Shown here: positions 13,901 to 27,468 of the stretch, one piece after another
Layout: each line of letters starts with the position of its first letter
How positions within the stretch are numbered: the first letter of the stretch is position 1
Origin: Antedon mediterranea
Lineage: Eukaryota; Animalia; Echinodermata
Length of the DNA stretch: 64,000 bases
Reading direction: 5' to 3'
Assembly (NCBI RefSeq): GCF_964355755.1
Contig: NC_092675.1
Span: 30,724,912-30,788,911, forward strand
The notes under the pieces: generated by a model
What the model was told of the DNA's origin: nothing
The model's database searches: none
The model's input: the letters and a program-made list of their open reading frames with translations, nothing else
Program-made: the position numbers and the translations under genes

Positions 13901-16900
13901 GGAATGCACATTCTGAAACTGCATTTTGTAAATCTTAAATATGTTATAGGTATAGAAAAGTCATATTTGAAAATATTAGTGTTTGTGATAAAAAGTAATA
14001 ATATTAGATGTTAGATTTCAACAAGTTAACATTAGAAATAAAGGACATACTACAGGGTTTGTTGGCATGGTTTTCATGTGTTTGTCTTCAACAACACATC
14101 TAATCCAAGACTCAGGTTAGTGGGTGCACTGTTAAATTATTAGTTGGAAAATCTTATTGCTTATTAGAATGCATTGATTATAAGGAAAAAATGTTAGTAA
14201 GGATTTTACAGACAACCAACAGTTAATATGTTAACTGTTCTTTCTATGAAAAAGGAATTTTGCACCACAACAACACTACAATCACAAATATCTTTCAAAA
14301 TATGAAACAGATAATATTGAGATATCATATGTTACATAATTTTATCATTCAGTCAATACTAATCAGAATAATTTGGTTTAAAAACTTTAAAAAAAACCTT
14401 AAATAATAAGGTAAAAAAATTTATTTTATGCAACGATTCATAATTAAACATTTGTATTGAATAATTTGAAAGATATCCGTCAATTTGTAAACAAAAACAA
14501 AAAAGCTGGACACACATTCACATCAACTTGATCCTCCTCCTCATCGTCCACAATAGGAGTCCAAATGTCAGGTCCTGGAGTGTTAGCAACCACTTCTGTA
14601 ACGTTTACCTCAACATCGTTGTTCATAACGCCAGATACCAAAAGAGCATCCATCACATCCAACTCTTTTAGAGAACCTGACGGGGATGCAAATGGCGACT
14701 CCGACAAAGCTGGGGAAGGTATCGGGGTAGGGTCACCACACTCCAAGGGGTTCTCAGATGCATCTGCCCATTCCTGTATTAATCATGCAGTGAGGTGTTA
14801 GCAAACATACACAAAAATAAGCAGTCACCCATGTGGTACCATGCACATATAAAAAAATGTTAATAGTGTTAATAAACCAAATGCTACATTTAATTAAGCC
14901 TATTATACTGTTATAATTAAAACATCCAATAAAGTATTCCAATTCTTTATCACAACATTTAATGCTGTAGTTTATAACATAAAGAATTCTAGCTTTAACT
15001 TGCTCACAATTTATTAGTAAGCAGTTTTTGGTAAAAGCATGAAAATCTTAATATAATAACACTATATCCAGACATGTCCATTCAGTTATCAAATTGAAAT
15101 AAAAACAATTAATACAACTCTTTTTCAAACTATGCTGCCATGCTGAGTCATAGAATGAGGACATCATCCGTTGAAAGTTAAAAATTAATTATTTATCATA
15201 ATTAAATAATTTTTAAAGAAAACATATTAACAATGAAACCAATGCTGATGATAACCAAGATATAACCGAATAATTTGTCACCTGAAATGAAATGCCCGGT
15301 ATTGATGAAAATGATTATGAATAAAATGATTCCAATAAAAACAATGTTAATTAGGATGGTAACTAAACTGGATGATAACAATGATAGTGACAATCAACAT
15401 GATTATAATAATAATGATTTCTAGTGTGGATGGCAATAATGAATACACAGTAGGGTAACAAATATAGGTAGGGTGAGAACATAAACACCTTACCTCATCT
15501 GATGTAACACTGTGTTCAGGACTGACAGCATTTGATGTTACTGCAGCTGAAGCCAAGACAGCAGAAGGTATCAAGTCAGGAGCAGACCTATCAGGTACTC
15601 TTTGCTCTTTCACTACAAATCATAACAATCAGAGGCATTCACTTTATACATTTTTTAATCTTACTTATCACAATCAGACAGTGCACTTCCCTTAACTCAT
15701 TTAAGATTCAATTCAAGACATTCCTTTTCCAACAAGCTTTAAACTTAACATTTCCTCCTTTTACTTTTGATGTAAAGCGCATTGAGAGCCTGCTTATATG
15801 CACTTAAAAGTGTATAAAGAATTGAAACAATTTAAAATAAATTTGTCAAGAAAATTCTGAGTATTAATTAGTACATAAATCATAATAATAAATGATTACT
15901 TTCAAATGATAGACATTAAACAATCATGAACTAATTTCATTTGAGACACAAATATCAATCCTTGTTAACGTTATATTTTATGTTTCTTCAATAAGAATGC
16001 ATTTCTTCAATATAAATAAGGACTTCGTAATTTATTCTTTACATGGTGAATTCAAATGTTGCAGTACACAACATGCATATATAGTTCTGAAACGACCTAT
16101 TGAGTTTCTAGATGTTACAGTCAATAGGACGATAGGAAACCACCTCACGATGTTACGGTCAATAGGACGATCAAAGTATATTGATCAAAACTATACACAT
16201 GTGGTGTACCACTACAATTGTAATAATTAATTTACCTTCATCTTTTGGTTTAACTGGTTCCTCTGCAAAAGCATCAAACAGATTTGCATGAACAACTTTC
16301 TTCTCCTGAGGGGTGATTGGCTCCTCAGTTATAATCCTTGCTTCCATTGGTCCAACTTGTTCCGATGTCGTTACCTGTGTGGACAAATAAATAATGATAA
16401 TGTATAAGTCGGTCAAGCGAATGAAAAATAAAATAAAGAAAAACATATTTATTCAATATTATTACATTCATTTAAATATTACTACAAAATTTAATTTTTA
16501 AAGAAGGTATACTGCAATGTAAATAATATGAAACTTCATTAACAAATTTGAGAAAGAAAGAAAAAATAAATCAGCTTTCGCTACTCGAGTTTTGGACAAT
16601 AAAAAGTAAAGTACATTAATTAAACACAATTGATTGTAAAGTTAGTTCAATCAAATAAGTTTAAATATAATAATATAAGCGTATTTCAAAATAAAGGTTA
16701 ATCACATTGTTCTAGTAGATAATGTTTAGTACCTGTTGTACTGGATTTTCAGCGGATGGTATAGGTTTTGCCACACCAATGCGTACCACACCAATCGGCG
16801 CCCCCTTCAGGGCTTGTACCGCCATGTCCAGGTTACAATCTTCAAGGTTTGATTCATTGACAGAGATAAGTCTGTCACCCGGAAGTAGACGTCCATCGAT

Positions 16901-19900
16901 CTCAGCGACACCATCTGGTACGAGACTGCGAATCACTATCACAATCTGCGACGGGTTTGTTGGGTCCTATGTAATGAAATTATACATTTAAGTTTGTGAA
17001 TACTGTAGTGTCTTGCATGGCTTTCAGTACAAATTAGCTAATGTCAACAAAAGCAATAGAAAGCTTTCTATTTGAAACGACCTATGACTCTGTCATTGGT
17101 CGTTACCTGGGCCTAAACTCTAATAAAATGTCCTTATATGGGCATAATAAATCAACATAACTGGTTCTTATTTCCTAGTTTGTAACAAAATTAAAAGCTC
17201 CAAACTATCAATTTTAAACTTTGACCCTTACTTGATAGTCAAGAATACTGAATCCTAGTCCCTGCGCTCCTTTCTGAAGTTCAATAATCTGAACATCATC
17301 ACTCCACATAGCTAGGCCAGCCAATGACTCTCTGCTTTGTCCAACTTCACTCATCAGACTTTGAGGCCCTGCTGAAGAGTCTTGGGTAAGTGATACTGTC
17401 ACCTCTTCAACTCCGATGGCTTTATCCGTTGCCTCTTGATTATCAGGAAAGACTTGGTGTGGATGACGAGCACACACAAGGTGTACCTTCAGTGGCAGCT
17501 CTTTCAGAATGTTGACAACTTCGATATGGTTCAAACTTAAGAGTTTTGTACCATTAACCTAAAACAAGGGGTTTCAAAATTATTTTCAAACATTTTTAAT
17601 CACAATAATCAAGTTTATCCGCATAAGTGAATAAATCAAATAATAATTAGGTAGTTCTTATTCCAACAAAACACAGAAGAGCAAAGTAGCAGCCCCAAGT
17701 TGGAGTCCTGAGTCCACCTCCAAATTTAAAGCTTAAGTTGGAGTCTCAAGTTAAACTGTTGGGTACCTTTTCACCATTGCTGATTTATCTACATTATTTC
17801 TTGTATATATTTATTAATATATTTTTTGTTTATGTAGTCTTTAAATATCATGAGAAACCAACCTCTAACAATTCATCCCTGCTTTGAAGTTTCCCATCCA
17901 TCGCCACTGGTCCATTTGGTAAAATGCTTCTAATATAATGATGTGGACCATACTCATTGCCATGCTCATCTATATCAACCGTGCCTTCAAGACTAATACC
18001 AAGCCCACCACCATCTTGGAACTTTTCAAGAGATGCTATAATGATCTCAACATCCATACCCAGGATTCCCTGCCACATAGCAATCTTTGCATCGTCTGGT
18101 GGCATAATCACTGTAAATCAAATAATAATTGTAGTCTTATATAGAGCCTAAAGCTCTATTTTATTATTTATTTATATATTCAATTTTCTGCCATACACAA
18201 TACAAAGAAGACAAAGAAACAAACCAAAAAAAATATGTACTCTGTTTTACACGAACAAAATGAAAAAAAAAGTGTGATGTGCCCAAATATGGTAGTGATA
18301 TGCCCAAATTAGGTAGTCATACGACATCATCATGTCCATATATGGGCACATCACATTTTTCTTAGTGCTTTAGACACAAAAATGGTTAAGTAGTTACTTA
18401 CCAATTTCAGCATGATGGGTTCAAAACAAATCTAGGAATTGTTTAAAAAACTTTAAATAACACTTTAACTAGAAATATAGAATGATAGTTACCACATGGA
18501 CTGACTTCACCAGTATCTTGTTCAACCACGTGGCAAGCTGGTTGAGAGATTGATGGAGGAATAATGGGAGGTACGTTATCCTCTTTGGATGGTCCAGCAA
18601 CATCAGCAGCTGATAATGTATAAAAAATACAACATTTGAAAGTCCATCATTCATACTGCCAACATTGTAGTGACACTCCCTCTCTCTTAGCACAATTTTA
18701 CAATACAATTCAAAATATTAATGGAACAAGCTTTTGTTTTTTTCATTAAAATCACCTCATGTTTAGTTTATGTATTAATATTTGAAATGTTTTCTATGGA
18801 CATAAATTCTGAAATAAAGTGAAATGACTGAAATGATCTCACCATCTGATAAAAAATATCCAGCCCTATGCCTGATGAGTCTCAAGTGTACTACACTGCC
18901 AGTTTGTCTCAACACATCTACTGCTTGCTGGTTAGTGAAACCTTTCAGATCTTGACCATCAACCTTTAAACACAAAAGGTCAAGTTATAATAGTAGTTAC
19001 TTAAAACAAAGGTCATTCCATTCCAAGTACTGGTCAACAGCACCAAAATATTTCGTCTTTTAAGCTTAAGCTTGCATCTTTTTGGACAATAATAGTTTGA
19101 ATTGTTGTATCATGAATAGACGCATATTCTTCACAGGTACTAGAGAGGTTTCGCAATCGTACGAATACGATAACGAAAACGGATATGTCACGCACACGTA
19201 TTCGTTTTCGTAAGCCCTAAAAAAATCTGTTTCGCATGGCAACGAAATATTGTGGCGCGTCCAAAATATGACTGCGGTAAATTTGAGCGAAGCGCAGGTA
19301 CGTGTTGCTTGGTGCTTGGCTGCCTAGGCCTAGCGTAACATCAAAGCGAGTGAGGACTTTAAAAACTGCTATTTATCAAAATTGACTTGGCATTTTAGTA
19401 AATTACTTTAGTAAATTATTTTCAATAAATCTATAATTATATTATAATCATGAATCATTCCTGATTCAAATGCAAAATGTGCAAAATAGATCAAAAACTA
19501 TACTCGTTTTGTAGTTACGAATATGACTGGTGATATTCGTCAACACGAATACGCTTTACGAATATGAAATGGGGATCAGCTCAAAAGTTTCAGAAATGTA
19601 TGACGTATCCGTTTTCGTTATCGTATTCGTAAGGTTGCGAAACCTCCCTATTAACAAGCTCATGCAACCCAGATATAAGGATGGGGCAAGTAACACCATA
19701 CCATCAGCATAACTAAGATTGTTAATTTTAACATCAGAGATAATACAGCCATATTTAGACATATTCAAGTTCTTATTTAGATCATCATTGTAAAAATTGT
19801 AAAGCAGCAGGGACATGACACCACCTTGCCTAACACCATTAGTTACAGTGAAATGTTTTGAGTAAGTTTTTCTCTAACGTACAATGAAGCGTTGAACATT

Positions 19901-22900
19901 ATACCACTCTATCAATATTTTAACATATTGTTTGAAGGTTTGCATGGCAAAATCAAATGTTGATATAAAGTTTGCAGTACACCACGTGTAGAAACTAAAC
20001 AATTCTTTGCAAACTTTATATCAATATTTAACTATATGATATATATATATATATTATCAACATGATAGGCCATTGAATAGTAATCATAACTTACCTCTAC
20101 AATCTGATCATTTGACATGATAGTACCACTCTTGTCTGCCGCACTATCCGCCGCAACATTCTTCACAAAAATTCCATTAATTTGTTCTAAAATATACAAA
20201 AATTAATGTAAAAATGATCATGAACTACTGAATTACTTTAAATTAACATTAACAATGATTCTAATTAAAAAAAGGATTGATTAAAATATTTAAAATGCCA
20301 TTGTCATCATATTCTCATTCATTCAATCTTTTTCTCTGGTCCATAGAAAGTAGTGTTATGTACAAAATTAACAAAAATAAACTGTACCGACTAATTAAAA
20401 TAAGATGCACTCTCATCTCAGGATGCTATTCCAAGTGGAGAGCATCTTGGACTTATAGAAGACATTCTATTATCGTTGAGAAGTGTATCATTGTTTAATT
20501 TTATTTTATTGTAATTGTTATATTATCTGCTTTGATATTTTTATTTTTTTTATTTTATTTTATTTCATACTCATCCAACAGCGAGTAACCCGCCAATTAC
20601 AGGATGGATAAACTATTTAATAATTTCACAAGACAAACATAAACACAAGATGCTCTACATAAACAAAGACTTATTATTAAGTCTTTGGGAGTGGAGTTGT
20701 AAATTGTCATGAGAAAAAAAACCTGACATATGACAGGACTTGAACCCAGGACCCTTAGATTGGTAGTCAAGCATCATAACCACCAAGCCACAGCTCCACT
20801 CTTATTAATTAAGGTCATTTTACATTTTTTTTTTTTTTTTTTCTTTTGAGCACAGCCTTACTGAAAAACAACTTTCAGTTGAGTTAAGTATACGTAAATA
20901 AATAAACTGTATTATTATTATCATTGAGACTGAAACATTTTAACTTAAAGAAACATTACAATGTATAACATGATCTCCCCTTACCTGATCCATGTCCTAC
21001 ATAACCAGCAATGGTGATACCAAGACCTTTGGAATCTTTTGTAAGCTGCACATTAAATGCATTTGGCTCATCCGTAGCAGGCTGAAAAAAAAATAGATAT
21101 CAACATTTATCATCTAAACATTTAACATCTAACTTTCATAAAATTTTAATCATCTATATATAAATTTACGTAAGGGCAAAATTCGGTAAATCGCGCCTTA
21201 CTTTTAGAATTTTTACTCGATGGTATGTAAAGTTGGTTCGTACTTTCGGTACTGATTTTAACCACCTGATGTAACCCTGTTTACTAATTAAATTAAGTTA
21301 GATAATTAGTTATTGACGATTAAAACGAATTTAGGTTCAAAGATTTGCCCCAAATAGGGGTGTTTTCCGATCGTGGTATACACTGTCTAATGGATGTCCA
21401 TCTTGAAAAATACCCGCCACAAAAATGCGAGGAGGCTTCGCATTTTTCTATCTCCTCCTACGATAATTGTTTTTAATAGCTGAAAACCGGTTGAACAGTT
21501 CGAGTACAGCATCATAATGTTGAAGACAGGCCGATTTTCTTTAAAAAATACTATTTTGATACATTTAATATACGTTTTTACAAATGTATTGATTTGTGAT
21601 GAATGGAACATTCCAAATTATTTGGTTTAACCATACAGGTATAGATTTAGATTTATGGGCCTCCTTGGAGAATAAACATAAATAGTATTGCAGTGCTGTA
21701 CAATACTGTTAAGGTATTAACCACTTTTGATCGCAATTTGAATCGCAAATGTCTTACTGTGAGTGTTGGTACTGTTAGATGTAATATAAAAATATATACA
21801 AATAAACTTTATTACTGTGAGTGTGGGTAGGCCCTACTGTTAGATTATAAACATATAATATACAAATAAACATTCCAAATTATTTGGTTTAACCATAGAG
21901 GTATAGATTTAGATTTATGGGCCCCCTTGGAGAATAAACATAAATAGTATTGCAATGCTGTACAATACTGTTAAGGTATTAACCACTTTTGATCGCAATT
22001 TGAATCGCAAATTTCTTACTGTGAGTGTTGGTACTGTTAGATGTAATATAAAATATATACAAATAAACTTTATTACTGTGAGTGTGGGTAGGCCCTACTG
22101 TTAGATTATAAACATATAATATACAAATAAATAAACGTTATTACTGACAGTTGCTTCTCAACGTTTGTATTAATTAATAATTTAAAAATATATAAACGTC
22201 GTAGTGGTGTATCGTTACATGTACTTTACTATTTCAATCGACTATGACAGTGAGAGTTTTAACAAAGTACCGTATTAAATCGTAAATGTTTTACTGTATT
22301 TAGTGGTATATTATTTATAGGCCTATAAAACATTAAAAACAATATTTCGTTACTGAGTGGATAAGAATATATTTTAAAATGTTTCCTCTTTGTACCTATC
22401 TTCTTTCCCCATCCCTCAACCCTTAATGTTACATACAAAACACAAATTGGGTTTGTTTAAATGAGTCCAAATAAAAAAATGTGTTTCTCTCTCGGAAGTA
22501 ATTCCCAGGGTGCTAATTTTGGTTGACTACATAAATCATTGTGTATATTTATTCGTTTCTGTAAACGACAATGTATTATAGTCCTGCGGTACGTACATTT
22601 GAAATCTCCATTTTTTTCTCGCTGGAAATACTGTGTATTCGAGAACCATCTGTGGGCACGACCTAGATGGTACGCGAGCGAAGCGAGCGTGCCATCTAGT
22701 TTAGTTTAATTTATATATCAGGCTATGAAGAATGAGCATTTTCAAGACGGCTTGATTAAAGTTATAACTAAAGTTAATAAAGTGAGGCAATATGCCTGAA
22801 TGAATGAAATATGCAATTATATTTTGATTTGCCTTGACGTAAATTGTTAAAGAACAATTCCGTGTGTAAGAAAACAAGTCAGACTGCTGTTTAAAATTCA

Positions 22901-25900
22901 ATGAACTTACTGCACTCTTGAGTTGAATGTCCGCATCAGGTGGTGGCGCTCTAGCAACTGTAAGAACAACTTCCGTGCCAGCCTCTCGTAGGATCACAGC
23001 AACCTGATCACTACCCACTCCTTGCAGACTTTTGTCACCAATTTTCAGAATTACATCTCCACTTTGAAGTCGCCCATCCTGATTTTAAGACATGTATTTT
23101 TTGTTTTTATTTTCAATTTGTATTTTCTTATTCTATTATTGAGAGATCCACTTGTAATACAAGTGCTACCACAAGTGCTACCACAAGTGCTACCACAAGT
23201 GATACCACAAGTGCTACCACAAGTGCTACCACAAGTGATACCACAAGTGATACCACAAGTGCTACCACAAGTGCTACCACAAGTGCTACCACAAGTGCTA
23301 CCACAAGTGCTACCACAAGTGCTACCACAAGTGCTACCACAAGTGCTACCACAAGTGATACCACAAGTGATACCACAAGTGATACCACAAGTGATACCAC
23401 AAGTGCTACCACAAGTGCTACCACAAGTGCTACCACAAGTGCTACCACAAGTGCTACCACAAGTGCTACCACAAGTGCTACCACAAGTGCTACCACAAGT
23501 GCTACCACAAGTGCTACCACAAGTGCTACCACAAGTGCTACCACAAGTGCTACCACAAGTGCTACCACACGTGCTACCACACGTGCTACCACACGTGCTA
23601 CCACAAGTGCTACCACAAGTGCTACCACAAGTGCTACCACAAGTGCTACCACAAGTGCTACCACAAGTGCTACCACAAGTGCTACCACAAGTGATACCAC
23701 AAGTGATACCACAAGTGATACCACAAGTGATACCACAAGTGATACCACAAGTGATACCACAAGTGATACCACAAGTGATACCACAAGTGCTACCACAAGT
23801 GCTACCACAAGTGCTACCACAAGTGCTACCACAAGTGCTACCACAAGTGCTACCACAAGTGCTACCACAGGTCAGGGCATCACGTATGCAAAACCCAGGA
23901 GAGCAACAAATCGCTCTCCTCAAATCACCGAGGAGAGCAATTCGCTCTCCTTGCAAAAATTTTAAATCGCTCTCCTCAAATATTTATGTTGAAGTTGAAG
24001 GATGGTCGCCCTTATTAAAAATGGCTGGCCCTTATTAATTTTTTGTACACATTTTTTTGCCCGACAGGGCACAACAAAATCCCCCACACCCACCTTTACA
24101 CACAATATTTTCCGTGGGGATCGTATTATTCTACAGTACAAAAAACTCAAGCCAATTTTTTTTTTATGGCCTGCCTGGGTAGATTGGGTTTCAGGAGCCT
24201 GGAGAATCCTGTCCTGGCCAACTATAGGCCTATGCCTTTTTAGCCTAGCTTTTCTAGCCTAGCTTGTTGGCCTAGAAATCAGACAGAAAACCTGAAAAGT
24301 ATTTACCTGCAATTCATAAATTATACAATTCTAACATGCAACAGCCATTAAAATATTGATAATAAGTTACAAAGTGTCATTTTAAAATAATTAAGAAAGA
24401 TATTTGATCGTGTTTACATGTGTCACACATGGGCGCACGCACAATAGGGGAGGGCTGAGAGAGCTTCTAGAAGATGCTGACGTCACACATCAGCACGTGT
24501 TTTGAGGAGGATTTGAGTGACCAAAATTGGTTAGAACTTTCGAAGAAAAAATCCATCTTCAAAATGACATAATTAAAGCAACCAGCAGCTAAGCTTTTTT
24601 AAATAATAAACATTATATTTAGGCCTCCTATATTAATGTTTCTTTCCTTTTAAAATTAAATATATTTTATTAACTCGTTCCATAAAAACATAAAGGGAAA
24701 AATTATTGGTTGGGACATGATCTTCCTGTAAAGGAGGTGTTTCTATGACACCGTACTGGTTGCACTATGAGGCGATGAAGTAAACTCGCCCTTGAATGCG
24801 CGCAGGCAGGGGAATCCCCTTTGTTGGTACCTCGCACTGTGAGATGGAGCGCGATGAATTGCTCTCCTTTTCGAAGGTTGTTGATTGCGATCGCGCTCGC
24901 GATCCTTAAAAACGAGGGACTGCCATTAGGCTTGTAGCTTTATAACTTAGCTTATATATTATTAGCCTAGGCCTAGATTGGTTTTAACTTTTAAAAATCC
25001 ACGTGTTTTTAGGCCTCTTGACAGAAAAATCAACACTGTCAAAAGCTAGGCTCTATTTTGAAAATTAAGGAGCGCGATAAATTGCTCTCCTCGAAGCCTG
25101 TTGAGGAGCGCGGAGGAGCGCGGTCGCGCAGGCGCTCCTTATAAATGATGCCCTGACAGGTGCTACCACAAGTGCTACCACAAGTGATACCACAAGTGAT
25201 ACCACAAGTGATACCACAAGTGCTACCACAAGTGATACCACAAGTGATACCACAAGTGCTACCACAAGTGATACCACAAGTGATACCACAAGTGATACCA
25301 CATACTGTAGCCAAATTGAGAATATGCAAAAACAATAGAAGAATATTATTACTGAAATGAAAAATATCAAATAAGAATGATAAAGTAAATATTACCTTAT
25401 CAGCTGCGCCTCCTTCTAGAATGGTCTTGACAATAACACCATAGTCTTTAGCCCCTACAATGCCAAAGCCCAGACCGAACCCTTCATTGTACAATGTGAT
25501 GGTTTCTACATGAGATAACTCGGGAGCCAGATTGTCAGCATTTTCCTTAAAAAATAAAACAATACAGTCAAAGTTTATATGATGATTGTGTTGCGACAGT
25601 AAATACACATTTTGTGCAATATTCATATTCAATAAAACTCTAGTCTAAAGCCATACAATAATTTGTCTGTAAGTCTTCAATTAAAGGTAGAATAATTAAT
25701 TGTGAAGTGCTATACAATCATTATAGTAAGGAATAGAACGTGTGACCTTTATTTACTTGACCTGCAAAATTACAATTACAGTACTAAAATATAACACATC
25801 AAAATGAAAAAACATATGCTGTGCAGGGATAGCTTTAAGCTGTAATTCAAATGAGCCAGCTATGAAACATAAAAAAAGGAATTTTAATTTTTTTTTAAAC

Positions 25901-27468
25901 CATTTTACCTGATTAACCTCTGCTTGTGTTGATATAGTTGAACCAGCTGGTTTCTCAGAAATAGCTGGGAGTAATCCTCGGGCAACCACTAAATGAACCG
26001 TTCCACTGGTCTGTTGAAGTAGCCCAATAGCATCCTGATGCGAGATTGAAGTGTCAAGCACTTGCCCATCAATCGCTAGAATCTGATCATGTTCAACAAG
26101 GCGTCCATCCCTGAACACAAACAATACAGCAAGCTTTTATATAACAGGCAAATTATTTTCAAAAACATAATTTTGCCATATATATCCTTGGGTATAATCC
26201 CACTTTGGGTTTAATCTCATCCCCTACCTGATTTCACAAACATTCATATAGTCCTTCTGGTCTGGATGCAAGCCTCTCTCTAGCCAGTTTAGATAGTTGT
26301 TACAAGTAATGCTTAACAATAATTTTTTTTTCCTGAATCAGGCTTTCTCCAGGTATAGGCCCATCCCCAAATATTGTGTTCTAGGGGGTGGGATTATACC
26401 AGAGGATATAGGGTATATATAGACAGCAAAATAATTTCTCTGAAAATTGAATACTTAAAAACTTACTTGGCAGCAGTACCACCAGGTTGAACAAGCTGAA
26501 CAAATATACCAAGTTCTCCATGCTGATCACTTTTTAATCCAGCCACACTGAATCCTAGGCCTCCTACCTCAGGCTTTTGCAACTGAATATGAAGTACTTC
26601 TCTACCTTGTGCTTGTGAGTCAATCATGGAGTCAAAATCCTGAAGCCTAGGGCTAGCAGTAGACCGGTCTGCTAGCCCTGAATCCATGTCAGCATACATT
26701 GGGTTATCATATTCGAAAGTATTGTTGTCGTACGTGTATTTTCCTGCGGGTTGCTCGTCTTCCAAGTCGTGGAAAACAATCCGTCCATCTTGTGAAAAGT
26801 CAAAATCGGTGATGGGTTCGGCTGACGGGTTTTCAACAACGGTTTTCAGTTGATGTATTGAAGATTGGATGTTGAGAATCTGCTTGAAGAGTGGGCTCTC
26901 TAGCATGCAAATCATTGAAGCTATATCATCCTCTACAGAATTATCACCAGCAGCCAGAAGCTTAGCCTGGATATCACCAAGCACTTCTAAAGCCTTCTGA
27001 TTATCTAAGAAAATTGAACATATTATTTTCATTAGTACAGTAGGGTATATCATCCATTTAATTATTAATGATTATACAAGTTTTCAATCAAGTTTTTCAA
27101 TAAATATTTATTTTAAAAAATTGTCTTTTTTTTAATTACAAACAATATTATGACAATAAACAATAATCAACATTAAGACCATTTTTAGGGAAGTTAAACT
27201 TGTCTCACAATTTAATTGGGTAATTATTCAACATTAAGACCATTTTTTGGTAATTATTCAACTTTCAGAAAATGTTTGCTCTTTAAAGCTTGCTTGAGCA
27301 GTAATAACATAGAAAATAAATTCTACCACAGCACAATCAACAGAGTTCAAGATACACAATTAATAGCAATATACATGGACAAGTTACTCTACATGTTTCT
27401 TAACTTCTGTACTATATGTTGACTTATTAAGTCTGTAAGGACTTACCTGCTAAAGCAGCACTTGACAT
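1975..27468 (-). CDS. MPDZ: Multiple PDZ domain protein (MPDZ/MUPP1/PATJ family), 5' part: L27 plus PDZ1-7; the gene continues beyond the left edge
   Basis: Phase-consistent GT-AG exon chain: 27468-27447 (MSSAALA), 27004-26467 (L27 '[19 protein letters not shown]' and PDZ1 GLGF), 26110-25909, 25545-25396, 23078-22911, 21081-20985, 20186-20095, 18963-18843, 18609-18493, 18110-17863, 17558-17232, 16966-16733, 16374-16236, 15612-15494, 14773-~14516, 13877-13679, 11394-11199, 10940-10642, 10471-10371, 10011-9907, 4790-4713, 2053-1975. GLGF/GLGI and 'DGRL..GD.IL.VNG' motifs recur. PDZ4 '[24 protein letters not shown]' and the linker 'DEDQFGYS' match MPDZ-type proteins. The linker exons and the 14516 donor are less certain. 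Confidence 0.93.
3860..4370 (-). mobile_element. Degenerate 3' fragment of a CR1/L2-type LINE
   Basis: The minus strand reads [18 protein letters not shown], typical of the C-terminus of LINE ORF2, followed by an AT-rich UTR and an (AAAC)n tail. Confidence 0.45.
6009..6216. repeat. Minisatellite, 51 bp x 4
   Basis: aatgacatttgtcacattatgcgtagattattaatgtacacacgcgcaata repeated perfectly. Confidence 0.95.
11552..11687. mobile_element. Short MITE-like element
   Basis: Imperfect terminal inverted repeats aacaagctttcgtttcgggaggacggtaga / tctattgtcctgaaacaaaagcttgtt. Confidence 0.5.
12894..13024. mobile_element. Palindromic MITE (related copy at ~38480-38610)
   Basis: aaagcttggttccc...ttgaccaatca...tgattggtcaa...ggaaacaagcttt; the same internal motifs occur at 38480-38610. 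Confidence 0.55.
19141..19650. mobile_element. Non-autonomous DNA transposon (~510 bp, ~45-bp TIRs)
   Basis: TIRs tagagaggtttcgcaatcgtacgaatacgataacgaaaacggata / tatccgttttcgttatcgtattcgtaaggttgcgaaacctcccta. A degraded right end also occurs at ~54005-54080. Confidence 0.8.
19655..19930 (-). mobile_element. Degenerate non-LTR retrotransposon reverse-transcriptase fragment
   Basis: The minus strand translates to [22 protein letters not shown]...[15 protein letters not shown] (RT motifs with a decayed YADD). Confidence 0.8.
20630..20802 (-). mobile_element. tRNA-derived SINE (second copy at ~46122-46300, plus strand, nested in a MITE)
   Basis: A box TGGCTTGGTGG and B box GGTTCAAGTCC; shared body ending in aagactt..taataag.ctttgtttatgt. 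Confidence 0.7.
21153..22699 (+). mobile_element. Non-autonomous Helitron (~1.55 kb)
   Basis: Starts TCTATATATAAA after host A (21152) and ends CTAG before host T (22700), with no TSD. The 3' hairpin is ctagatggtacgc-gagcgaagcga-gcgtgccatctag. Internal ~262-bp tandem duplication at ~21607-22130. Confidence 0.85.
23159..23872. repeat. 12-bp minisatellite, left arm (~59 units)
   Basis: ACAAGTGCTACC with blocks of ACAAGTGATACC and ACACGTGCTACC variants. Confidence 0.97.
23873..25155. mobile_element. Non-autonomous hAT-like DNA transposon with a 6-bp TSD
   Basis: TIR CAGGGCATCA / TGATGCCCTG, flanked by direct repeat ACAGGT (23867-23872 and 25156-25161). Palindromic subterminal motifs ggagagcaa..tcgctctcc and ggagcgcgat..ttgctctcc at both ends. 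No transposase ORF. Confidence 0.85.
25156..25302. repeat. 12-bp minisatellite, right arm (~12 units)
   Basis: Same unit as 23159-23872, resuming directly after the transposon. Confidence 0.95.
26180..26415. mobile_element. Tc1/mariner-like MITE (partial copy at ~45590-45725)
   Basis: tatatccttgggtataatcccac ... gtgggattataccagaggatata inverted ends in a TA context. Confidence 0.55.

Noticed and set aside
15202-15480. Hydrophobic Ile-rich ORF suggesting a membrane peptide
   Set aside because: Low-complexity ATT/ATC-rich intron sequence with no supporting splice chain.
13489-18151. Plus-strand ORFs such as 13489-13887, 14565-14801, 16722-16991 and 17938-18151
   Set aside because: They are antisense shadows of MPDZ exons.
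23022-24038. Long ORFs (PQVL)n, (CGST)n and (VVAL)n
   Set aside because: They are translations of a stop-free 12-bp intronic satellite, open in several frames on both strands and split by a transposon.
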